In this document: positions 44,335 to 54,705 of the stretch, piece after piece
How positions within the stretch are numbered: position 1 is the first letter of the stretch
How the letters are laid out: each line of letters opens with the position of its first letter
DNA from: Paraspadella gotoi
Lineage: Eukaryota; Animalia; Chaetognatha
DNA length: 64,000 bases
Direction: 5' to 3'
Assembly: GCA_051294375.1 (NCBI GenBank)
Contig: CM119268.1
Location: 7,914,308 to 7,978,307 of the forward strand
Notes under the pieces: generated by a model
What the model was told of the DNA's origin: nothing
Seen by the model: only the letters and a program-made list of their open reading frames with translations
Databases searched by the model: none
Made by a program: the position numbers and the translations under genes

Positions 44335-44460
44335 AGAGGCCAGAGTCATTAGTAGATTTATTGTAGTCTACTGATGCTAAGGTTCTCTAAAAGCAAGTTT
44401 CTGTCACCTATCCACCGCTGTTGTCTATAATTTCGGCGGTCACGAGTAGGCCGAACAGTA
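44335..44460 (+). ncRNA. Box H/ACA snoRNA (target unassigned)
   Basis: Hairpin 1 AGAGGCC..CATTAGTAGAT/GTCTACTGATG..GGTTCTCT; H box AAAGCA 44390-44395; hairpin 2 CCTAT..ACCGCTG/CGGCGGT..GTAGG; ACA at 44455 plus 3 nt. Confidence 0.8.
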
Positions 44461-44612
44461 ATTTAAAAACGATTTACTTATCAATCAATTTAACGCTTAA
44501 TTTATTCGTTTTAGGAATTGTTCTCCGACGAAACGCTGAATCCTACGCATCGTGCTGTCACAGCCATTTTGTAAGTTGGTTGGATTTATTAGCAATGTTT
44601 TTCTTAGGATTT

Positions 44613-44676
44613 TCTATGATGCTCATCCAGTTCTGCTACTGAACCAATATTGATGTCAATTTTACCATTCTGAATT
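44613..44676 (+). ncRNA. SNORD38: Box C/D snoRNA U38 (SNORD38/snR61-like)
   Basis: Variant C box ATGATGC 44616. TCCAGTTCTGCTA-CTGA matches the U38 guide and pairs with LSU AGCAGAACUGG. D box CTGA 44670-44673. Confidence 0.88.
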
Positions 44677-44827
44677 TTCAAATTCATGCGTTTTTCGCCA
44701 AATACCGTGTGAATATTTCCTAACTTTCTGCATTTTTATTCAGGTTTACTTGCCGTAAATAATCTTATTTGGACGCCCAAAAACCTTGGTAAGTTATGGT
44801 TTCAAATGTTTTCCATTAATTATTTAG

Positions 44828-44987
44828 GCACAGATCAGCTCCGACGAAATCTTTTCATGGTTTCGCCGGCGTTTCCTCCTGTGCAGATCAACGTCCTCGC
44901 ATGGGCCGAGTCTGAACAACTCGCGCGCGACCGCTATCCCAGGCTTTGGCCCTCGCGGCCGCCTGCGGACGAAGTATCGCAACATTC
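44828..44987 (+). ncRNA. Box H/ACA snoRNA with an enlarged, branched 3' domain
   Basis: Hairpin 1 GCACAG..CGAAATC/GGTTTCG..CTGTGC; H box AGATCA 44885-44890; second domain closed by CGTCC/GGACG; ACA at 44982. Pocket GTTTCCTC + ATCA fits LSU GAGGAAAC-U-C-UGGU, with 14 nt to the H box. Confidence 0.72.
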
Positions 44988-45163
44988 CATTTTTTTCTCC
45001 TGCTTTTACTTTTTTTTAATAATTTAAGAAAATTCATTCAAATTTTCTTTCCTTTTAGGACAACTGCTATACGATTAAGCGAGAGACCTTCGTTCTTTGA
45101 CGACGGTAAGTTTCCGGTAAAGAATTCGTTGAAAGACTTTCTGATTTTAGTATAAATGAGGCC

Positions 45164-45288
45164 TATTATGATGAAAAGCTCCCTCGTTATAGTCGGCATT
45201 CCTTAAGCTGGAGCCCGAAAGGGCGAGAACCCACCAGTTGGAATGTCGGCTTTGAATAATAACCTGTGAATACGTAACCTGACGTAAT
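45164..45288 (+). ncRNA. SNORD22: Long box C/D snoRNA, probable U22 (SNORD22) homologue
   Basis: ATGATGA 45168; CTGA 45279; terminal ATTA/TAAT pairing; long internal stem AGTCGGCATTCC/GGAATGTCGGCT capped by GCTGG-AGCCCGAAAGGGC-GAGAACCC-ACCAGT. This cap resembles the GAGCC..AAAGG..GAACCCAC apex of vertebrate U22 as I recall it. Length ~120 nt. Confidence 0.72.
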
Positions 45289-45964
45289 CCTATTTTACTA
45301 TTAAGCAGTATATTGTAAATTTAGTGATCTAATATTGTAATTTTTCTTTTCAGTTTTTGGCGATTCCCAAGGCAAAATACGTGACGCGCGAGGTAAATCT
45401 GCTTTCTTTTGATATAGATTTTTTTGGCTTCATTTATTTAATTGATTAGTTTTAGATTAATTAACAATCTTTTGTCATCGTATAACTTTCTCGAACTCTG
45501 TTCAATGAAATAGAATTTTCATGCTTTATCTTCAATTTTCATTAATCGATACATAATACTCAGACCGATATCAGTTTTATAACATGGATTAATTTATAGG
45601 CTATTACCGGCCTTCGCTCAAATTCAGCAATGCAAATCGCTTTCCAAACACGTATTCCTTCTTCCAAATGTTTGGCCGAAAATGAAAATTCTTGTTCGAA
45701 GGCTGTGAAACACTAGGCAGTCCTTTAAACAATTCAGCCTTTGTACGACAAGTTTCATCGAGTAGGCTTATTTGACCGTCGAGTTCGCGAACGACCAATG
45801 CAAATTAAAAAACAAAATATCGTTATGACCGTTTGACTCGAGCCACGTAATTTCCGGGGCTGTCGGTAGTAACCAATTTGATTGGATATCATTCTACTAG
45901 CGACCGGCTTTCGAGTTACGCCGCTCATTTAACCTCCGCGACAGTATTAAGCTGTAAGTCAAAA

Positions 45965-48900
45965 ATGGCGTCCGACGACGTGCTCTCTCAATCTCGCCCT
46001 TTATCGCCGTCCGACTTCCTTTACCCGGTCGACGACCCCAAAGATTTGGAGTCGGACCCCAACGCTTCCGCCAACCGTTCTTTGGATCAATCCTTCGGTC
46101 AGGATCAACTCTTCGGGGATAATGCTGGATCCTTCGATCCGTTTACCGACCCGTTCCAAGATTTGAGTCCTCCCTACCAATTGGAAAACGGTCCTGTCAA
46201 TTTAAAACGTCCTTTTGAAACAGGTTAATTATAATATTTTTTCATTTTGATGCATTATTTTTTAAAGATTTTTTTTAATAAAAGTGTAAGTTTGTGAGAT
46301 GTTTAGTGTTGAAGTAGCAGCGCCAGTTAATGTATTCGCCATGGGTGAGACGAGGGATCGACTAATTGAATATACAATATCGCGGAGGTTAGAGGTGAAG
46401 TTCGTGAATACTGATGAGCGAAAGTTTCTGCTCGAGGGCAGCGCAAAGAATATTGGCTATGGGGCAAAAGCGCCGAATTTATTTTCAGAAAAGCAAGGTT
46501 GGAATTGGATAACAAATTTTTATTCATAATTTTCTTACAATGCTGTATGGCTATACGGCTATGTCTTACCCATCAAACTCCAGGTCTTAGTTTTGACAAT
46601 TCGGCGTTTAATCCAGAATTTTTACGCCTGGAAAACCGATCCGATGCCGACGACAGCGAAGGAGGCGACAAAGGCAGCGACGACGATGACTTTTACGACG
46701 TTTCCTCCAGCTTAGGTAAGGCGTTGGGAGATATGCGTTAATTGTAGCTTAACTTTGACATAAATTGTTAACCTCGCTTCCAATTCTCGAAATCAGGGCC
46801 TCCGGTGAAACGACGTTCGGTCCTTCTCCCCGAGGAAGACGCCTCCGGCCTTTACGATGGCCTCGATGAGGCCGATACATCGCGGGCGGACGATTCGGTT
46901 GCCAAAGGTTCGTCGCTGAATGATGATTCCTTGGTTCAACTTGCTTGAATCGACTCTCACGTTAACTCGTCTTTTTCAGAAGGTACCGACGCCGGCGAGA
47001 TGGAATTGGAAGACCAGTCTTCGGAGGAAGAAGAGGCTGATAATGGGGAAGGTACGATTTTTCAAACAATTATACAGCCGAGTCGTCTTAACTCGGGCCT
47101 TACTTGCATTAACCGTAAAAACATAGCCGGATTATCGCCCGTTTTAGGTTCCACCAAAAAGCCAACTGAGCGAAAAGAAAGGGAACAAATTCCCAAGGAT
47201 CTCGAGTATTCCGTCGACTTCGAAGAAATCGATAACCTTTTGGATCAGGGGCTAGAGAAAGGGGTCAAGTCTTACAGGTTATTTTTTTGTGTAGACTTCA
47301 GTTTTAACCAATAATTTTTGCTGTACCTCGATTGTATTAAAAAAAAAATTCATTCCCAATCAGACGGAAAGCCGACGGAAAAATAGTTGACGTGCGAACT
47401 CGTTATACTTTGGTTCATCTCGGCAAAGACCCGTTCGAGGTGCTGCCTGACGGTTGGATCGAGCTGACACACGAGAGCGGCATGCCAATTTACCTGCATC
47501 GGCGAACCCGAGTCTGCTGGTAAGCTTTTCTTTGTCATTTGGTAATTTTGGATAATTAAGTAACCACAGCCGTCCTAAGCCACGTGCGAGATGGCTTAAA
47601 TTAATCCTTTTGTACTAATCTTATTCGGTAGTTATTTAAATTAAGATCATTGTACCCATTTACAGCTTGTCGAAACCGTACTCCATCGGACGAGGGTCTA
47701 CTCGCAAGCACGAGCTTCCAATCAGCGCCGTTCCCTGCTTTCAATACCGCCAAGCTCTCAAGCAGCGCGAAGAAATGAAGGAGCGCGCCAATGGTATTCC
47801 TAATTATTGACTTATTACGTCACAAGGGTAATATTTGTTCAACATAATTGTTCACTTGTCTTAGGCGCGACCGACGTGTTGACGATCCAAGAACCAGGCA
47901 AAACGGACGTGGTTCCCGTCATTCGAAATCCGCCCGAAGCGGGCGTCGCCGACAAAACTTCTCCCAAAGAAAAACTATCGACCTCTGGTGCTGCGGAAAC
48001 TGCTGAGGTAAGATAGATTAATCTTCACTACTATTTTTCCGCCGACGATGCTTCGGGGATCTAGGGAAAACTGGATCCGGCGAGGACCCTCGACGAATTC
48101 TCCTCTCGTGAAACACGATTGGCTTTTCGTCGATTCGCTAACCCTAAATTTAATTACCCACTTAATGCTACGACCCTTAGACGAGTTTTTCCATTTCCTT
48201 TCTCGTCCTTTTCCCCCCCCTTTTTAAAAAAAGGAAAGTGGGGTCTTGGCCGGTCCTAATTTTCCCTGTCCCGTCTCCCCTTTCGGCTCATTACCTTTTC
48301 CGCCGCGGCTCGGAATGTCCCAGTGAAGAGCGAATCCGCATTCTACGAACGGATAGCCGAGTCGTTTGGCGGTGAAGGCGTTGTATCGTTTGAAAGGGGA
48401 AAGTCTCGTCGGTAAAGAAAAAAAACGAAACGATCGATTTACACAAGAGAATTGTTCGGCCTCTTTTTCGCCGCTTTTCCCGTCAATCGTTTCGACAAAA
48501 GTCTCTTTTCTGCGAGATTGACCTTCCTGGTTTGACATCGAATGCTCAATTTTTGGGGTCATTTTTAGGCGGAAGTAGCTGCTCCCGAATCCGCGTCTCC
48601 GGAACCGATGGAAACGACGCCGATACCCGATTCTGTCCCATTCCTGTCGTCGCCGTCCGCGAGCCCCCTGCCGCCGCTACCCTCGGAGAATTCTCTTCTG
48701 CCGCAACCGCCACCTTCGTTGTCCTCTTCGTTGCCGGACGCTTCGACACCGATCATGAATGGGCCGCTCGGCGGGTGTCCCTTCAGCGGGCAAGTGATCG
48801 TCTGAATATTTTGATCTTGCCGTCATGTTGCGATTCTTAAAGCATTAATTTACTTACCATGATGGAAAAAAAAATTGTCACGTGTTGAAAAATTAATGTT

Positions 48901-51169
48901 ATTGTTAAATATTTTTTTAAAAATAATTTTAATATATTTTTTAAATAAAATAAAAATATTCATTTTAATAGTTTAAAATTATTTAAAGCTTACAGATATT
49001 TATAGTTTTTAATTTTTAAATTGAATAAAAAATATATTTTTTATTATTATATAATATATATTTTATTAGATTTATAATAATAATTTTTAATAAACAAAAA
49101 AGATTGATCCTTTATGAAGCAAATTAAGATTTTATTATTGTTGTATTAAATAATATATATATTTTTTAATATTAATAACTTTAAAAGTTATAAAGATAAT
49201 AATTTTTATTTATTAAAAGATTATTTAGCTTTATTTTTATTAATATAAATAAAAAATATATTTTAATATATTTATTATTTTAATATTTTTATTTAGTTAC
49301 AATGTTGTTATTTTCTTGACATTCTCTTACAGTTCTTCAGCCCCTGAAGCCGAAAACTCTCAAGGAGAGGCAACCGTCTCTACTAAGGACGCCTCCTCCG
49401 CGCCGGGCGACACTTCTAAAACGGATGAATCTCGTCGAAAGCAGACTGTAAAAGCAACGGAAATGCACGACTACTGCAAGAATCTTTTCGAGTTCGACCA
49501 TTACACCGTCAAGAGATTTAGGCGAGTGGATCAGTCGTTTCTCGAATGATATCGCCGTTGTTAATAAAAAAAAAGATTCGTGCAATTTAGTTAAAAAAAG
49601 ATGGAAAAGGCGTACGGAAATGTATAAAAAGTCTATTTAATTCATACGCTTTTTTTTTTTAGGTCCTGGAAGGATCGGCGCGAGCATCAGCGCGTAATGA
49701 AGAAAATCCGGCCTCAGATTCAATCGAAACTCATCACGTACAAACTCCCCGGAGATCCGACGGCGTTAGGCAAAGCCAAACTCGGCCGACAATTCCAACT
49801 CAATCCCGTCGGTGGGTTTTTTAAATTTGCCTTTCTTAACTCTGTCTCCACGCCACGTGGTCTTGCATCTTCTTTGCACGCAGCCATGCCATAGTGGAGA
49901 CGAAATCAATTCTAAAAATCGTCCATAGGAAGCAGGCGCGATTCTTTCGTGTTGTCGCCTGTGCCGTAAATCGTGACGAACATTTTCATCTTGAAATTTT
50001 GTAATTTATTATTTTACGTAAAATGTATTGATAGTCGTATCTCTCTTTTCTCGAGTTGAATCTTATTAATTTCTCTCTCGTCTTTAGGCAAATCCCCTAT
50101 TTGCGTGCTGCACGAGTACGTGCAACACGTTCTAAAGATCTCGCCAGAGTACGTGTACTCTGAGTTGGAGAATCCCCAGGAGCCTTACTCGTGCACGGTG
50201 ATTCTCAATGAAGTCGAGTACGGCCGCGGAACAGGGAGCAGCAAGAAACAAGCTAAACTCGAAGCCGCCAAAGCCACTATGAAAGTTCTCATTCCACAAC
50301 TATATGCAAAGGTCAGTTGATTTTAGAAATTGATTACTTAGTTTAGTTTGTCTTAATATTTCCGCTTTTCTTACTTTTCTAAACTTTATTTTTCGTATTC
50401 CATTCTCCCTGAATCCCCAGGGTGGCGAGACGTTCGACGACCAAGACGCCCTCAACGGGACGATCTCCTTTTTCAACGACATCCAAGTTGAGGATCCCCG
50501 AGTCACTGAATTCAGCCAAAAATCTGGTCAACCAGCGCCTTACCAAATTCTCATCGAGTGCCTCAAACGAAATTACGGTCAGTTTTTTTACATTGTACTC
50601 TTCTCGTTCTCGATAATAATCCTTTTTCTTTCTTTTCAAGGAATGGGAAACACCGACGTTAGCATGTCAATGGAGTTGTGCAAAAACCCCAAACGATTTT
50701 CTAAGTTCACCATGACCGTAGGAAAACATACCAAGGTAGGTTGTTTTCGAGAGACATTACTGCTTTACTCAATACTTTTATAATTACTAAACCGATTATT
50801 CTTACTTTTTCCCAACAGACTGTCAAGTGCAAAAACAAAAAGTTCGGGAAGCAGGCTTCCGCTCAGGGCATCCTCCAACTCCTCCACCCTCACGTCAACT
50901 CCTGGGGATCGCTGCTCCGCCTCTACGGCTACGACTCTCGTCAGCGCAACGAGCGGCGGAAGCGGGAAGAGGAGCAAGCGGTGACGGAGCTGCAGTCGCG
51001 CGCTCGTCCCAACCGGCCTAACACGGCAATCCTGGACAAGCTTCGTCTGGAAATGAACAAGCTCAACGCACTCCGGACCGCCTTCGAGCGCGGTCGGACC
51101 ACCTTTACTCCGGCAGACAAGAACGACTTGCCGTATAACAAAACCGCATTGCCTACTCTGGACCTTTGA
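45965..51169 (+). CDS. DGCR8: Microprocessor subunit DGCR8/Pasha; exons 45965-46223, 46584-46715, 46797-46907, 46980-47051, 47148-47277, 47364-47519, 47666-47793, 47865-48007, 48569-48789, 49333-49521, 49663-49811, 50088-50311, 50421-50577, 50641-50735, 50819-51169
   Basis: [10 protein letters not shown]; WW/Rhed [46 protein letters not shown] with the heme-ligand Cys; dsRBD1 [25 protein letters not shown]; dsRBD2 [48 protein letters not shown]; tail [13 protein letters not shown]. Intron phases are consistent. Confidence 0.95.
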
Positions 51170-51782
51170 TTTTTCTCTCCCTGGTCTCTATGATAGATCC
51201 AGGGAGTGACGGAAGGGTATTTGGTACTTTTAGCTTAATTTCTGTTCCTGTCAACTTGTTCTTAGGCCTTTACAATCATTTATTTTGAAATTTCCTCTGT
51301 ATTAAATAATTTGCTCTTTTCGTCGTGCTATTCTAATGTAATTAAAAAGCACTTTTGCGATTTAAAGTTGACTTGATTTTGGTAATGCTTTTAAGCAAGA
51401 CAGTTGCTAGAACTAACCTTGCTCGTCCTAATTAATAAATTGGCTATGAGCTCTCGAGTCTTGTTCTCAGAAAATTAGTTTTTTTATTATTCGAGATCGA
51501 TTTTCCTCCGGGGCTTCGTGCCCGCCGCGGAGATTTCGTGACGTTTTCGGCGAGGTTAGAAACCAAACTCGAATCTAATCGTCAAAAAAATAATCGCCTT
51601 GTACTTATCTTCATAAAAAACACGCTAGTCGAAAATTGTTTTTCTTCGAAACTAAGGACAAAGCACGATGATAACAGTATTTTTCTAGAAAAGTTTTCCG
51701 AGTCGGAACCTCAACTAAAATACTTCAATCTTAATTTGTAACTAGTTTTTAGCGAATAATCTTAATTTACAAAAACGTCGCC

Positions 51783-52431
51783 ATGTCGACGGAGGATGAT
51801 CTCGCCGAAACGACACTAAAAAAGACGAAATGGATCGAAGCGCGTCCAAGGGCGCAAAGCAACGAACGGCGCCGGTCATTTAACCGGACAGCGAACTCGA
51901 GCTTTGCCGGAAATCGTCGAGGACGACTGGGAGAGCGACGAAGACGGCGCCGAAAACTACGGCGCCAACTCTGATAATTCGCGCGAGAATTTTCCGAATT
52001 CCTCTTTACTCACTCCGCCCGACGTCGGGGAGAAACCAGCGTCGAGGCGTCGGCGGAAAGGGCGCCGTCGTCGCGATTCGTCCAAAGACGCGGAATCTTC
52101 GACGGTGGACTCGGCGCTGGTCATTCGCAGCCTCCAACTGGTTTCGTTATCCGAAGACGTTATCGAGGAGTTACTCGCAATGTCCCTCGATCTCAACAGG
52201 CGGTTGCGCGCGGAAGTCAAGCGGCGGGGCAGCGATTCGGGATCCTCGCTCTCAGCTGTAACCGCTCATTCCGTCAGGCGCATGTCGAAATTAACACTGC
52301 CGGCGGTGACGAGGAGACCGCCAGTGGCTGGGAGCGCCAAGGACAAAGGAGCGGCTGGGGGTGGCAAGAGTCGGAGAGCGATTGCGAAGCTGCAGCAGCA
52401 AGAACCGTGGAATGACAGATTCGGAAAGTAG
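51783..52431 (+). CDS. Orphan single-exon protein (~215 aa), probably split by a 1-nt homopolymer error at ~51903
   Basis: GC-rich island starting CGCCATG. ORFs 51783 and 51904 join if one T in AGCTTTGCCG is removed. Acidic, basic and coiled-coil-like segments; no family recognised. Confidence 0.55.
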
Positions 52432-53086
52432 GATTATTTCTGAGGAAAAAGATTTTTCCCAGATTGGTTATACTACAATATAAAAATGCGAACTCACTTT
52501 TTTTTTTGTTTCGAGAAAAAATGTTTCGTCCTGAGAATGCTAACGAGAAACTATAATTATTCTTACTATTATTACTCTTATTATTCTTGTGAACTGTAAA
52601 ATTAGTTGTTAATATATGTAAAGCTAAGATATTAATTCTATTCATATGGAAACTAATACGACAACAACGCAACACTTACAATCTTTTTTTTTAAACATTG
52701 AAACGGAATAATTTTTTTTAAATCGCACGCTGACAGTCGCCCACCTATTTCCATAAGACAACGAAATTCTCTGTAAATTATTCGCTCTTGTCAAATTACG
52801 CAAAAAGATGATACAAAAAGTTAATTTGAAATAATACAATGAAAAATATCAAGTGAAAACTATTTAAAACAAAAATTCTGTCTAGATTCTCAAACTTGTT
52901 TCCAAGACTTATCAGATAATGTGTCATTCTTTTGAATTTAAGACAAAGCATAAGAATTTTAAAACGTTTTAAAGTATTTAACGTAACAACACAAGACGAT
53001 ACCAAATACGAACGGTTTAGACAAAAGTTTAGACACTTCGGTTTTAAAAGACGCCTTAAAATTTTAATCCCCCGCAAAAAAAAAAT

Positions 53087-53261
53087 TGGAAAATTTTATT
53101 TTCGCCGACTGGAGTTTGGCTTCTATTAAAATACTGATAAAATTTTAAAATATTTATTTTTTAAAAAAAATTAAATAATTTAGTTATCCTAACCCTAAAT
53201 CACCCCTCACCCTAAACCAATCTTAACCCTAACCCCGATCGGCGAATGTAAAATTGTTCCA
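53087..53261. mobile_element. Small MITE-like element with internal CCCTAA-like repeats
   Basis: Terminal inverted repeats TGGAAAATTTTATTTTCGCCGA and TCGGCGAATGTAAAATTGTTCCA, with internal cctaaccctaaatcacccctcaccctaaaccaatcttaaccctaaccc. Confidence 0.65.
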
Positions 53262-54102
53262 CAGATTCCCGCCACTTTTTTCGAAATTAATAAAATTAAT
53301 CTTTCAAAGGATTCGCGAGTCGATATGAATTAAGATAATTGAATTTCTTTCATCTTAAAATTTTCTTTTTTCGGTTCAATGGCTTCAATATTTTTTATGT
53401 TAATTTTGGGTCTTAAGCTTTTATCCTCTTTCCAGTTTTACTTAACAAATATTTTATAAAAAAAAAACGCTTCTCCTGCAGTTATAGTTGAGGTAATATT
53501 ATTTTAACGATGCTCCCTTCCAAAAAGGGCTTTATCTGTAATAAAACTCAACAAGGAAGTCGTCTCAGGGTAATGGCTAAGACAGACGAAGGGTGGAGTG
53601 AATTTTTCACTCCTAAAAAGCAATCACGTGATTAAGACTGAAGTGAGGAGGCAAAAATCGAAGGTTAAATCAACATCATTACAAAGGCGCGGATGATTGG
53701 TCTTCGTTGGACCAGTTGTAGTTTTTCCACCAATTTTGTAAAAATTTTGTTTTTTAGCAGTAAATATCGGTAATTTACTTTACGAACAAACACGCTTTAT
53801 TTCGCAGTCGTTTCCAACAAAAATAAAAAGAGCGGAAAACAAATAACCGAAATCCCTCAAAAGTATTTCAAATAATCGGGAGATCTAATTTGTGAAACAA
53901 AGTGATTTCTGACGGATTGATTGTGGACGGACAATCAAATTTTAATTTGAATAGAATTCAATGCTTTCAATATCAGATCCATTTACGAAAATAACTATTC
54001 TTTTGTTTCATCATTTTATCGTATTATTAGTAAAAAAAATTTTCATATGACATTTCTAATGCTTATCTAATAAATGTTTGTATGGCTATGGGTAGTAATT
54101 TA

Positions 54103-54645
54103 TTAGAGAAACTCATCCTTGATCGTTTGGGCGTCGATGATAACGACGCCGTTAATCTCCACCGTCGTTGTTATCGGCGTCGCCGCCGCCGCCGCCGACG
54201 CGTTCGTCGTCAGCGTTTCCGCCGTGGCCGCCGATTCGTTCGTCATCAAAGTCGAGGAGGCTTCCGTCGTCGTCTCCGCCGTCGTCATCTTCGCCCGCTT
54301 GACGCTCGTCGCTGCGGCGGCGTCTTTTCCGTCGGCGCCCGTTGGCGGCGCTCGCTTCGACGCTTCAGCGACGCCGGGGTCGTTGTCGGGCGCCGTCGGG
54401 CCGGCGGTGACGAGGTCAAGGGAGTCCATGGCGAAGTTGGTCTTGGCGTCTTCGCGTCGGGAGTAACGAGCGCGGACGACGGACTGCATCGTCTGAAGTG
54501 GACGGAGGATTAAAAAAAAATATTTAGTATTTGTTAAACCATGAATAACAAAGAAATAACAACTAATAGTAGACGACAAAAATGAAAAGGTGAATGATAA
54601 ATTTCTAAATTCTAAATTTGTTGAACAAAATAAAAAACTTCAAGT

Positions 54646-54705
<60 letters not shown>

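Larger units (their letters stand above)
43197..45392 (+). ncRNA. Non-coding multi-exon snoRNA host gene (UHG/SNHG1-like); exons 43197-43288, 43459-43519, 43689-43753, 44000-44071, 44266-44307, 44515-44570, 44744-44788, 45059-45105, 45354-45392
   Basis: Nine 39-92 nt exons with mostly GTAAGT donors and pyrimidine-rich AG acceptors, no evident ORF, and one snoRNA in each of eight introns. The true 5' and 3' ends extend beyond these coordinates. Confidence 0.88.

Noticed and set aside
46405-46460. CTGATGAGCGAAA in DGCR8 intron 1 as a hammerhead or C/D snoRNA
   Set aside because: No stem II followed by GAAA, no stem III, and no suitably placed D box.
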